Below are positions 50,034-59,724 of a stretch of DNA of 64,000 nucleotides, piece by piece. This DNA comes from a virus (Duplodnaviria > Heunggongvirae > Uroviricota > Caudoviricetes), in IMG/VR virus record IMGVR_UViG_3300001336_000003, positions 1 through 64,000 of that record, one strand, 5' to 3'. A model generated the notes under the pieces. It ran no database searches. It had not been told where the DNA came from and saw only the letters and a program-made list of their open reading frames with translations. Position 1 is the first letter of the stretch. Every line of letters begins with the position of its first letter. The position numbers and the translations under genes are program-made.

Positions 50034-50375
50034 TTTTTATCCATTCTTTCATCACGAAAAATCTTAACATCTTTAATAGCAGACTTCAAAGATTCTGCAT
50101 AGTTCAATGTTGTCTGTTCATTCATAACAATGGTGCTTTGCATTTCGGCGTATCCTTTAGTCAATATTTGCCAAATCTGCTTCCAACGGTTTTTATGCCA
50201 CCACTTGGTAGTTACAGTAACATATGTGTGAACTTGAACATTCATATCATCGGCTTCAATATCAACTTCATGTGAACACGTGTCATTACCACATTCGCAT
50301 CTGATATGATACCACATCGAATTACCATAGTCACCAACTTTTAATACGCCTTCTGCTGGTTTTTGTGCTTTCATT

Positions 50376-50834
50376 TTAATACCTCTTTACAGGAAAATTA
50401 GCTTTTTCGGAAATTTGACACATATGTGAAGTGCCAACGCCACCCTTGAATGCTATAACCAAGTCTGGATTTTCTTCAGTTAACATTTGCTGATTTCTGA
50501 TAGGCCCCGCCGCCTTTTTGTGTTTATCCCAATCGGCTGGATAAGGTCTACATTCAACATTGTTTACTTCAGCCCATTTCTTGGCCCAAGAATCTGCGCC
50601 AACTGCTTCGCCTTGAATTATAATAAGGTTACGTTCAAGTTCTTCTACAGACATTTTCAGCACGTCAAGCTTATCGAACAAAAACTTAACTTCTTGCTGA
50701 TTTATGACTTTTTGTCTGTTTGCATTGACAGTCCAACCATAGTCGCGACCACCACACACAATAACCTTAAAATCAAGTTTTTGCATGTTGTTCATTCTTT
50801 TCTGCTTGTGCTTGCATTTTCTTATAGAATTCAA
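50376..50834 (-). CDS. SLOG-fold DUF2493-like protein
   Basis: KVIVCGGRDYG ... IIQGEAVGADSWAKKWA ... KAAGPIRNQQML. Confidence 0.45.
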   Translation of the reverse strand: MNSIRKCKHKQKRMNNMQKLDFKVIVCGGRDYGWTVNANRQKVINQQEVKFLFDKLDVLKMSVEELERNLIIIQGEAVGADSWAKKWAEVNNVECRPYPADWDKHKKAAGPIRNQQMLTEENPDLVIAFKGGVGTSHMCQISEKANFPVKRY

Positions 50835-52065
50835 ACGACTTAGTTAGAAACTCAAAACGCAATGGATACTGTTCGGGGTTAGGAATATTTTCCTTGCCGT
50901 AAAATTCAATCATTTCTTTCAACATCGCTTCATCCCTTTTCATCTATCATGTCCAAAATATCAAGTTTCATTTTCATAGCTCTTGGCGTAAGCATATCAT
51001 CTTCTTCCAAAGCATATTCGCGAATCAAGAATTCCATGTGCATTTTCAACTCTTCCATGTAATCTGCTTCATCAAATATCACAATTTCTTCTATATGTCC
51101 AGAAGGAAATCTCATGCCAAAGACAGCATAATCTTCATGCTGCCCTTGACGAAAAAACGGAAAATACTTTGTCTCGAATATACGCTTACCTACAGATACT
51201 ATCATTACGCCCTTAACAATCCATACAACTTTTCTCTTATTTTCCATTCATCTGAACCAAGACGGGCATTTTCAAGCATGTTAGACAATGTTATCAATTC
51301 GTCTTTACCGAGATACTCGTCTTTATATAGAACTTTATAAGCGCGTTCTTCTAATTCTTTAATCAATTCATCATCATCAAAATCATCCAAATCAATTTCC
51401 ACATCTACAGTAGTGTCTACAGTAACATCTTTCGTAATGGTCCTATACATATCAAATCTCCTCAATAACCAGGTGCGCTATATTCAGTATGCTTTTTATA
51501 CATAGCAAACCCATCTAATCCATGTGTTGGGCATACTGATATATATTCAGGTAGCCCCATGTCATCCCTTTCACCGCTTACACCAGTAATAAACAATGCG
51601 CCTGTTTTTTCTGGTTCAGAAGTAAGCAAAGCAGTCTTTACCTTCTGCAAGTATTTAGCAACCTTAACAAGCTTTTCCATATCTTCGTTAGTAGAAAACA
51701 TGTCAGGTTGATAGCCTAATGCTTCAACTAGAGCATTGAAATTCTTTTCAATGTTATATACTTGTTCTGCTACACGTTTCAATGTAGCAGCGGCGACTTC
51801 ATCTTTGTGAACCAACTCCAAGTCGCATATCACACCTTCCAATTCAAGATACACTTCATCACTTACTATCATTTTTTGATCCTAACCATAATGTAAATTT
51901 CTCATATGCAAGCCATGCAATTACCAAAAGAGGAATTATATTTAAGGCTAGTATCTGGCCACCTAAAATAGCCATTACGACACCAGCCGACATATCAGCA
52001 AAAAAACCGACCGCAATATAATCATAAAGTCTTAAAGGATCTTTTTGTTCTTCCATTTCACATCC

Positions 52066-52518
52066 TTACATTTCATAAAATACATGGTTTCCCACACGCC
52101 CAACTCTATCAAAAGTTTTTGCCCAACGCGGCATACTCTTCACCGCATTTGGATTCAAAAAATGTGTTGCGCCAGTATCAAAATAATCAATTTCCCCATT
52201 GATAAGGTTTTCAGACATTTCAAGCGCGACATTCCACAATTCTTCATCATTTGGTGTGTGTTTTTTTCGCATATGAGTCCAAGAAAATTGTCTACGCTGA
52301 TACACAACTGCGCAAATTGAATTTGGGAATGCTTCGTGTTCTACACGGGTTAATGTTACTTCACCGACCATCTGCATACCATCTGGTCCTTCACCACGCG
52401 CTTCATGATACATGTTTAGCGCGAGCACTTCTATTTGTCGTTCATAGTCACATGTCTCAGACAAAGATTGACTACAAAACAACAGTATGGCAAATATAGC
52501 CAATCCTATCGTTTTCAT
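52066..52518 (-). CDS. SleB/CwlJ-family cell wall hydrolase with signal peptide (candidate lysin)
   Basis: LALNMYHEARGEG..MQMVGEVTLTR..CAVVYQRRQFSW pattern; N-terminal signal sequence. Confidence 0.7.
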   Translation of the reverse strand: MKTIGLAIFAILLFCSQSLSETCDYERQIEVLALNMYHEARGEGPDGMQMVGEVTLTRVEHEAFPNSICAVVYQRRQFSWTHMRKKHTPNDEELWNVALEMSENLINGEIDYFDTGATHFLNPNAVKSMPRWAKTFDRVGRVGNHVFYEM

Positions 52519-52662
52519 GTTTTTTCCTTATTCCTTGGCATAGACTACTTGTAGCCTATAGTAAGAATTTAGCTGCCCGTGTTTTACGGATAGCTGTTTT
52601 TTATTTAGGCAATTTGTTGCCTATAAAGTATGTATAGAGAAAACAGAAAGGTTTGTCAAGAC

Positions 52663-53235
52663 TTATTTTTCGTGGACGTGTAATTCACTTTCACGAATTA
52701 TGTCATCGTTATGTGTGGTTGCCATTTCATCCATGACGATGCTTTCTTTCTTTGGTAGTTTGCCACGAATCTTGGAAACAAATTCATCAAATGTGTGAAC
52801 AGGTGTAACGCCAACAAGACGACACATAATAACCACGTTGCCGTAACGATAAAAATCTTCTGGACAACATACCACAATGTTCTTTTTTAAGCCAATACAA
52901 TATCCTAATTCCATCAACGTAATTGGTGATTTTGTGTTGGGGTCAAAATAGAATACGACTAAATCAGATCTTTTGATATGATCCAGTTCCCAATTTACCT
53001 GTTGATGAAAAGGAGTGTTAGGTGTCGGGTCTTGAACCCATGACGAATCCCAATCATCGCGTCTAGGGTTGAAAGCGATAATTTTTTCATCTTTAAGTTC
53101 TTTGGTAAGTCTTTCCTGCCAATTATCTGCCATGGTTCCTAGACCACCTTGACCAGAAATACTACCAGCTAAGAACATTCTGGTAAAAGATTCAAATTTG
53201 CTATCATCTGGCGATTTTATCTCAATCATAATCAA
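52663..53235 (-). CDS. nucleoside 2-deoxyribosyltransferase-like (Rcl/DNPH1-like) protein
   Basis: MFLAGSISG ... SDLVVFYFD ... SPITLMELGYCIGLKKNIVVCC. Confidence 0.5.
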   Translation of the reverse strand: MIMIEIKSPDDSKFESFTRMFLAGSISGQGGLGTMADNWQERLTKELKDEKIIAFNPRRDDWDSSWVQDPTPNTPFHQQVNWELDHIKRSDLVVFYFDPNTKSPITLMELGYCIGLKKNIVVCCPEDFYRYGNVVIMCRLVGVTPVHTFDEFVSKIRGKLPKKESIVMDEMATTHNDDIIRESELHVHEK

Positions 53236-53247
53236 ATCTCCTTTTTT

Positions 53248-53327
53248 TATAAATAATAATATAGGTCGCGGAGTACCAGTCCCACCTATTCTACGTTTAT
53301 AGCTTTAGAAAGAAAGGAACGCAGCTT
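53248..53327 (+). promoter_or_regulatory. homing-endonuclease cassette leader
   Basis: TATAAATAATAATATAGGTCGCGGAGTACCAGTCCCACCTATTCTACG...AAAGGAACGCAGCTT ATG. Confidence 0.6.
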
Positions 53328-54371
53328 ATGGCTATTTATTCACCATACACATATCTTATCGGATGGTCAAGACTTAATACGTGGTATTATGGCGTAAGAT
53401 ATGCAAGAAAAAGTCAATGTCTTTATGAAAGTGGTTGTCATCCAGACGAACTTTGGGTCACTTATTTCACATCTTCGAAACATGTTAAAGATTTCAGGGA
53501 AAAACATGGCGAGCCAGATGTTATACAAGTCAGGAAAACTTTTCCATCAGACTCCTCAAAATCACAAGAAGACGAAAAAGAACTTGCACGAAGCGCTCTT
53601 CTTTGGGAAGAAAAAATTCTTATTCGTGTAGGTGCTATACATAAGGATATGTGGATCAACAAGAGCATCGCAGGTCATTTCAGGACCACAGAGAGTAACC
53701 CCAATCCACTAAAGGGTAAAACATACGAAGAAGTATATGGAGTTGAAAAATCAGAAGAGTGGAAACACGCGACGAGTATCGCCAGCCAAAAATTTTGGAA
53801 TTCAGATGCAGGTAAAGAAAGAAAAAAATACCTATCTGAAAATATAAGTGAAAACTTTACCACTCTTGGCATAGAACCAGTGTGTAAAATTAAAGATACT
53901 TTTATTCATGTATGTGAGATATGTGGCGAGTTTAATAAAAGAAGAAAAACAGCAGGTGAGTTGAAAAAGAAAACTTGCGGTAGCAAATCGTGTGCAATAA
54001 AATGGTTCTATAAATACAATCCAGAAGCAGCAAAATCTAAAATGCCTCCAACAAAGTTCACTACTATAGGCCACGAACCAGTAAATAAAATCACCGATAC
54101 ATTTCTATGGAAGTGCGTTGTGTGCGGGGTTTCATGCGTAAAGCGTGATACAATAAAAAATAGAAACAAGATAACATGTGGCAAATCTTGTGCAGCAACT
54201 TACAACAACCGAAAAAGAGTAGAAAACGGATATACAAAACAAGGTTCAACGTATAAACACAAAGGTAAAAAGTTTTTAATAACCAATGGTTATGAAACAG
54301 CATTGTTAGAAAAAGGCGACCAGATTCCACAAGGATGGGAATCTGGTCGCCATTGGAAACCAAAAGGTTAG
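53328..54371 (+). CDS. free-standing homing endonuclease-like protein (IY-YLIG N-domain, two Zn-ribbon repeats)
   Basis: MAIYSPYTYLIGWSRLNTWYYGVRYA paralog of 23821 N-domain; repeats IEPVCKIKDTFIHVCEICG / HEPVNKITDTFLWKCVVCG each followed by CGxxCA. Confidence 0.6.
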   Translation: MAIYSPYTYLIGWSRLNTWYYGVRYARKSQCLYESGCHPDELWVTYFTSSKHVKDFREKHGEPDVIQVRKTFPSDSSKSQEDEKELARSALLWEEKILIRVGAIHKDMWINKSIAGHFRTTESNPNPLKGKTYEEVYGVEKSEEWKHATSIASQKFWNSDAGKERKKYLSENISENFTTLGIEPVCKIKDTFIHVCEICGEFNKRRKTAGELKKKTCGSKSCAIKWFYKYNPEAAKSKMPPTKFTTIGHEPVNKITDTFLWKCVVCGVSCVKRDTIKNRNKITCGKSCAATYNNRKRVENGYTKQGSTYKHKGKKFLITNGYETALLEKGDQIPQGWESGRHWKPKG

Positions 54372-56611
54372 GCCAACTCGCAGGCCCCGCCTGCACAGGC
54401 TTGGGCACCCATTAGATCTATATCTGTAAATCGTTTCGCTTCAAGTTCCAAAGCAAAATCAACATTATCTAGGGTATTTTGTATCTTTACCCAACGATGA
54501 AGAAGATGTACGGCCTTCAAGCAATATTCAGCTTTTTTCGTGTCACCATCAAAATAGTTTTCCGCGTAGTTTCTGAAACGACGAATCCATTCAGCACGTA
54601 AATCTGCTTTTTCTTTATCACCAAAATCGCTTTCCATTTGCGCAATCATTGTTGCATCCCATAGGTTGTTAAATCCTCTGGAAGCATCAACAATAAGTCC
54701 AGAAGCAAACATTGCGCCACGGCCATAAGTTTTGATGATTTCTTCTTCTGTCAATATCTCAGTGTTTGGTGCTTGGTTGAAGTCTTTATCACCAGTGGCA
54801 GATAGCAAACTTACACCAGCAAAATATTGACGATTTTCGAATAGATAATCTTCAACTTCATCCCATTGTTCAGGAAGAACTGAAATAGTATTTGACACAT
54901 TATGGCGAACTGTAGGGTCAACACACAATTCAACGTCTGTGCCATACTCTACCCAATTTTGTTGTATCAACTTGACTTTTTCCAATAGCTTGACGCCATA
55001 TAGGTCTTTTCTGAAAATTGACGTCTTAGGTGCAATAACAGGGAAAGAAATGACATAATCAGTCTTGTTTTGTGACCACACAGATTCTTCAACCATGTAT
55101 GGATTTCTTTCTTTGATAAGTTGTGCAACTTCCGAGTCTTTGTTCATTTGGACATTACGAATATACAAGGGCGAATGTTCACCATGAACACCAAAAGCAG
55201 TTTTAAGCAACACAGAAGCATTACCAGCAGGCTTCACACAAGTTGTTCTAGCTGCTGGATTGATACCGATTAGCTTTGCGACATGCTTATTGACTTTCTT
55301 GATAAGTTCCGCACCTTCTCTTAGAATTTGTTCATCCAAAAGAATGTGTGGGTTGTTCATCCATCCAGTAATGGAAACTCCCAAAAGTGCTTCACGGTCA
55401 AAGATTTTCTTTGTGGTTTCACCAACAAATTTGAAGTCGGTATAACCAGCTTGAAGTGTTCCAAGAATAGCTGCACTTCTACAAGCGTTTAGAAAATCCT
55501 GTCTTGTATTGGCTTCCGCGCCATTCATTTCCACAAGGTTACATCCCTGCCATCCAGAATGCTTTTCTTTATTTTCGTCAATGTGGACAGGATACTTACC
55601 AATTTCGACACATGGATTATATGTGTGTTCTGTGGATTCTGCGAATACGAAACCAGGCTCGCCAAATTGCTTAACAGAATTCATCAAATTTGCAAATGTT
55701 TCGCGGCTAGCAGTTTTACGAACAATCAAAGCAGAGTTGTTTGAACGACCTCTTTGTGGGTTTTTCAAATACCAATCACCCGTCTTAGCAGTCATCATTT
55801 CTTCATCTTCTGGCGAAAACAAGAAGATTGTAGCAGAACGACGAACACCGCCAGCAAGAACTGCATCTGCTAGGTGCATGGAAATATCATAGACGTGGAT
55901 TGATCTTAGTGTGTCGCCACCTTCAAGAATGATGCCTTGAATAAGGTGTTCGATTTTATCCAAAGCACGACGAAGTGGTTCTGGACCAGGTGCTTTGAAA
56001 CCACCAGAGATCAAGGCACCTCTTGGACGAATTTTGGATGTGTCAAAATAAACGCGACGGCCTTCATATTCAGGATGTTTGCCACCACCAATAAAATATG
56101 ACGACATTAGAACGTCAGCAGCAGTTGCCCATCCTTCAATGCTATCTTCGATAACATGGATTTTTGCTTGCTTGGTTCTGTTTTGGATTTTAGATAGTTT
56201 AGCAACATGGTGCTTTTGAACAGATACACCTGCACCAGCGCCACAAAGAAGAATGTAGAAAAATTCGCCAAAAAATTCATCGCGATCAGCATAAGATGAT
56301 GTGCAATTATACAATCTCATCTGATGCTTGATTAGTTGTTCCCCACCAAATTGAAGAGCCCTTTGCGCACCAAGAACGTGTTTTTGCTTATAGGCTTGTT
56401 CTACATCTTTAATCAATTCTTCCAATTCATCTGTCATCTTGTCTTTGTAAAAGTCACGGTGCATATCCATGACTCTGGAAACCGCTTCATTCCAAGTTTC
56501 GTATCTTTCTTTCTTATCATCCCATCTCGAATAACCTTCGAAAAATTTAGCATCCGACAACATATCTCTTGTGTCGCGATCCCCATTAAAGTGAATAACG
56601 TTATCTAGCAT
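54368..56611 (-). CDS. nrd: ribonucleotide reductase, monomeric class II (adenosylcobalamin-type)-like
   Basis: 747 aa; catalytic NPCVEIG (NxCxE), C-terminal redox tail ACAGGACELA; no adjacent nrdB. Confidence 0.75.
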   Translation of the reverse strand: MLDNVIHFNGDRDTRDMLSDAKFFEGYSRWDDKKERYETWNEAVSRVMDMHRDFYKDKMTDELEELIKDVEQAYKQKHVLGAQRALQFGGEQLIKHQMRLYNCTSSYADRDEFFGEFFYILLCGAGAGVSVQKHHVAKLSKIQNRTKQAKIHVIEDSIEGWATAADVLMSSYFIGGGKHPEYEGRRVYFDTSKIRPRGALISGGFKAPGPEPLRRALDKIEHLIQGIILEGGDTLRSIHVYDISMHLADAVLAGGVRRSATIFLFSPEDEEMMTAKTGDWYLKNPQRGRSNNSALIVRKTASRETFANLMNSVKQFGEPGFVFAESTEHTYNPCVEIGKYPVHIDENKEKHSGWQGCNLVEMNGAEANTRQDFLNACRSAAILGTLQAGYTDFKFVGETTKKIFDREALLGVSITGWMNNPHILLDEQILREGAELIKKVNKHVAKLIGINPAARTTCVKPAGNASVLLKTAFGVHGEHSPLYIRNVQMNKDSEVAQLIKERNPYMVEESVWSQNKTDYVISFPVIAPKTSIFRKDLYGVKLLEKVKLIQQNWVEYGTDVELCVDPTVRHNVSNTISVLPEQWDEVEDYLFENRQYFAGVSLLSATGDKDFNQAPNTEILTEEEIIKTYGRGAMFASGLIVDASRGFNNLWDATMIAQMESDFGDKEKADLRAEWIRRFRNYAENYFDGDTKKAEYCLKAVHLLHRWVKIQNTLDNVDFALELEAKRFTDIDLMGAQACAGGACELA

Positions 56612-56857
56612 TTCTACCTCTTCTTATTATTAAATACAAAGTCTAACCCCTAAATACACATGTAGGGGCACCTATTTTATCGTTCTTGGATTTTCTGTTG
56701 CCTTTTATGGCAGTAATGATATTTATAATATGACTTACCCCGAAAACACCATTATTTCACACATTTGAACAAAAATCAAACAGCCATTTGCATTTTCACG
56801 GTTTCGTGACACATATAGTTGTTTAGTCTCATTTTTGACACATCATCTAGTTTGAAC

Positions 56858-58525
56858 CTAAACTGCCATAGGTGCTTTAATTGTTGGGTGGCACTGATAA
56901 TTTTTAAGTGTAAACATATTTACCGTATTAAAATTGAATCCGTATGTCAAACCTTTAGACAAAACAAAGTCTTCTGATATTTCTAATGTTGGTAGAGGAT
57001 ATTCTTTTCTCGTAAGTTGTTCCCGAACCTGTTCAATATGATTATTATATATGTGTGCATCACCTATGGAATATACGAGTTCACCAACTTGCATATTAAC
57101 TTCTCTAGCCAAAATATGAATAAGAAGTGCATATGAAGCAATGTTGAAAGGCGCACCCAAAAATGCGTCATTTGATCTCATTGTTAACATCCCGCTTAAT
57201 TTGTTCTCTCTGACAATAAGTTGAAAGAAACAGTGGCATGGTGGTAGTGCTTGCATATCTATAACCGTAGGATTCCATGCTGACAATATGATTCTTCTTG
57301 ATTCGGGTTCGTTTTTTATTTGGTTTATTATATTTACGATTTGGTCGGCCACCACCTTTTTACGAAATACATGTCCATTAGAAGCTTGAATATATTTTAG
57401 ACTATACCCATTATAACTTTCACCTGTGTCTAACAAATAAGAAATCCTCGCCAGTGTCAAATCATCTATGCTATTGCATATGTCTGTTTTATACAGATAG
57501 TCTTTGTATGTATCATAGTGGAAAACTCTTATTTTTCTATGATGGTCTACTTGTTTATTGGCTATTGCCAAGTTCATCTTTTTTGGTAGAAATATGCAAG
57601 TGTGTTTAGAATAGATGTCAGAGCAATAGTAATCTTTATCCAATTCGTAGTCATTATTCATCTTAACCCATTCATAAAATCCTGGGATTTTATCTATGTC
57701 TAGTAAAAAATTCTTAAAATCCATCCAACTATCAGAAACACGAACACCCCTAGCCCCATAATTTCTATAACTTAGATGTTTTTTATTATAGCATCTATCT
57801 ATCATATGAATCCATAGTTTATATGCTTTCTTATAGTAAGATGGTTTATCACCTCTGAATGAATTGTTTGCCACCCCCTTAATCAAAGGGTTGAGGCAAA
57901 TCTTCTTAGGTATATTACTTCCTAAAATTTTAGTCAATTCACCCGTATCTAGTGCTTGCGCTATGTAAGTTTTTCGATATTTGTCGTTGCTGCACAGACC
58001 TAATATTTTAATGGGTCTACCAGATTTAGATGTAAATCTATAGCCCGTATATTTGTGTCCATCGCCGTAGTCTGCAAATTCAATAACTTCTTTAGCCGTA
58101 TCTATCGTTTCTTTGCGTTCTGGAACTTCTGTAATTTGTTCGCTGGCAGAATACCAATTTCTCCACATACTGCCATACACAGGACCAAGAAGCCCTATAG
58201 ATTCGATAGAATCATACCCTAAATTTTTTCCTTGGTGTATTAGATTATCTGTCCATATCGTTTGTTTACCTACCAATTCCTCACGGGGTTTGCCATATGT
58301 CAATTCAGCAAGTCGTCTTTCATCTGTGCCGCCTTCAAGAAACCATAACAATTCACCCACAACAGATTTCCATGCGAGTTTCTTTGTGGTGACGGCTGGA
58401 AACCCATCGTTCAAATCAAATCGCATCTGATAACCAAAAACAGAACGTGTTCCAACACCAGTTCTATCTTCAACATCAACACCATTTTCCAAGACGTGTC
58501 TAATCAAATCATGATATTGTTGCAT
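56858..58525 (-). CDS. td: thymidylate synthase ThyA carrying an in-frame about 265-aa insertion that contains an HNH-endonuclease motif
   Basis: N-terminus DRTGVGTRSVFGYQMRFDL..FPAVTTKK..LLWFL..LGPVYGSMWRNW and C-terminus SRRIILSAWNP..ALPPCH.FFQ..RSNDAFLGAPFNIASYALL..GDAHIY match ThyA; middle has KLWIHMIDRCYNKKHLSYRNYGARGVRVSDSWMDFKNF (phage HNH family). Confidence 0.85.
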   Translation of the reverse strand: MQQYHDLIRHVLENGVDVEDRTGVGTRSVFGYQMRFDLNDGFPAVTTKKLAWKSVVGELLWFLEGGTDERRLAELTYGKPREELVGKQTIWTDNLIHQGKNLGYDSIESIGLLGPVYGSMWRNWYSASEQITEVPERKETIDTAKEVIEFADYGDGHKYTGYRFTSKSGRPIKILGLCSNDKYRKTYIAQALDTGELTKILGSNIPKKICLNPLIKGVANNSFRGDKPSYYKKAYKLWIHMIDRCYNKKHLSYRNYGARGVRVSDSWMDFKNFLLDIDKIPGFYEWVKMNNDYELDKDYYCSDIYSKHTCIFLPKKMNLAIANKQVDHHRKIRVFHYDTYKDYLYKTDICNSIDDLTLARISYLLDTGESYNGYSLKYIQASNGHVFRKKVVADQIVNIINQIKNEPESRRIILSAWNPTVIDMQALPPCHCFFQLIVRENKLSGMLTMRSNDAFLGAPFNIASYALLIHILAREVNMQVGELVYSIGDAHIYNNHIEQVREQLTRKEYPLPTLEISEDFVLSKGLTYGFNFNTVNMFTLKNYQCHPTIKAPMAV

Positions 58526-58526
58526 T

Positions 58527-58877
58527 TTAACCCTTCTTCATTTTTTCGCGTATTTTCGTTGCACTAATTTCTTGTATTTCAGGTGGTAAATCTATATATT
58601 CCACGTCATATCCAACATCACGCCCATAGTATATCTTCGTGATATTAGGAACAGAAATAACATCATAATAACCTTCGAACTCATCTTTAAGGCTATTATC
58701 AATATTTTTCTTCACTTGTTCAAAATCGAATGGGTTTTTTTCGCTGATAGGCATATCGCGAACCATTATTAGAACTTGTCCAACTCTTTTCCAAGATTCG
58801 ACAAAAATTGCTCGGTGTCCATCGTGCCATGGTTGGAATCTTCCAAGCATTTGTGCAGTAGGTCTTTTGTAATCCAT
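58527..58877 (-). CDS. cytidylyltransferase-fold NMN/NaMN adenylyltransferase-like protein
   Basis: GRFQPWHDGH (HxGH) at N-terminus, 116 aa. Confidence 0.5.
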   Translation of the reverse strand: MDYKRPTAQMLGRFQPWHDGHRAIFVESWKRVGQVLIMVRDMPISEKNPFDFEQVKKNIDNSLKDEFEGYYDVISVPNITKIYYGRDVGYDVEYIDLPPEIQEISATKIREKMKKG

Positions 58878-59233
58878 TTCGTAATCCTCATTTCGTATTG
58901 TGTAGGTGGTTGAAATATTTTATTGGTATCCTCATATCTACCTTGGGGGATTGTATCCATCCAAATGGTATAATCTGCTTCAAAAACATATCGTGTCATA
59001 TCAGTAGGGCAAACAAAATCGCATATAACTACGCGACCTTCACCCTTTTCAAAATTAGCCAAATTGCGCATTCGTCTTGCTTGTCGCAATCTTGCATTTT
59101 CAGAAAATTCCCAATCATTAGCCATTTTCCGAACATCGTCTGCATCGAACCATGCACACTTTAAAATATCTTGAAGATCTTTTGCCAGCCATGTTTTACC
59201 AGAGCCAGGTAATCCCATGATTAGAATTTTCAT
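58769..59233 (-). CDS. P-loop kinase (candidate nucleoside/ribosylnicotinamide kinase)
   Basis: ILIMGLPGSGKTW Walker A; 3' end overlaps next gene by about 100 nt in another frame. Confidence 0.45.
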   Translation of the reverse strand: MKILIMGLPGSGKTWLAKDLQDILKCAWFDADDVRKMANDWEFSENARLRQARRMRNLANFEKGEGRVVICDFVCPTDMTRYVFEADYTIWMDTIPQGRYEDTNKIFQPPTQYEMRITKWITKDLLHKCLEDSNHGTMDTEQFLSNLGKELDKF

Positions 59234-59707
59234 TTATCGTCTCCTGATTTGAAATGTAAGTTCTTCATCTTCTTTCCAATATTCTATGACAGGAAATTTT
59301 GTGATGATATCTGATTCGACATATCTATCACACTTGAACTTCTTGTTAATAGTGGTCAGATATAGCTTGTCACAATATGGAATCGCTTGTTGATAAATGT
59401 CCGCACCACCAATAACCCAAATATGAAGTCCATCATAAAGTTCCTTGACATATTGTATAATTTCACCCATATCACCAGACATAGTAAAATCAGCATCTAT
59501 TACTTTGCTAGTCACGACAACATTTGTTCTTTTTGGTAGTGGTTTGCTACCAATGGATTCCCATGTAGTTCTACCCATCAAAACAACATGACCCATTGTA
59601 TTATCACGAAACCAATCCATATCGCGCTTGTTTTTTGGCCAAGGTAAGTTACCTTCATTACCAATACCAAAATCTAAATCACATGCTAAAATAGCATTTA
59701 CAGACAT
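59234..59707 (-). CDS. frd: dihydrofolate reductase
   Basis: ILACDLDFGIGNEGNLPW ... VLMGRTTWESIG ... IWVIGGADIY. Confidence 0.85.
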   Translation of the reverse strand: MSVNAILACDLDFGIGNEGNLPWPKNKRDMDWFRDNTMGHVVLMGRTTWESIGSKPLPKRTNVVVTSKVIDADFTMSGDMGEIIQYVKELYDGLHIWVIGGADIYQQAIPYCDKLYLTTINKKFKCDRYVESDIITKFPVIEYWKEDEELTFQIRRR

Positions 59708-59724
59708 TCAATTCTCCCTTAAAA

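Noticed and set aside
52520-52660. Hairpin TAGGCAA-TTTG-TTGCCTA as a terminator
   Set aside because: It is followed by A-rich, not U-rich, sequence on either strand. More likely part of a promoter region for the lysin gene.
57350-58140. Group I intron in thyA (by analogy with T4 td)
   Set aside because: 555 codons are continuous with no stop and the N- and C-exteins stay in frame. The insert is protein-like throughout. It could not be fully excluded without RNA data.
57350-58140. Canonical intein in thyA
   Set aside because: No Cys/Ser at the first insert residue, no terminal His-Asn, and no Cys/Ser/Thr at +1.
58769-58877. Kinase and NMNAT-like ORFs as a single fused gene
   Set aside because: They are in different frames with no obvious slippery site. 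Left as two overlapping genes with a note.
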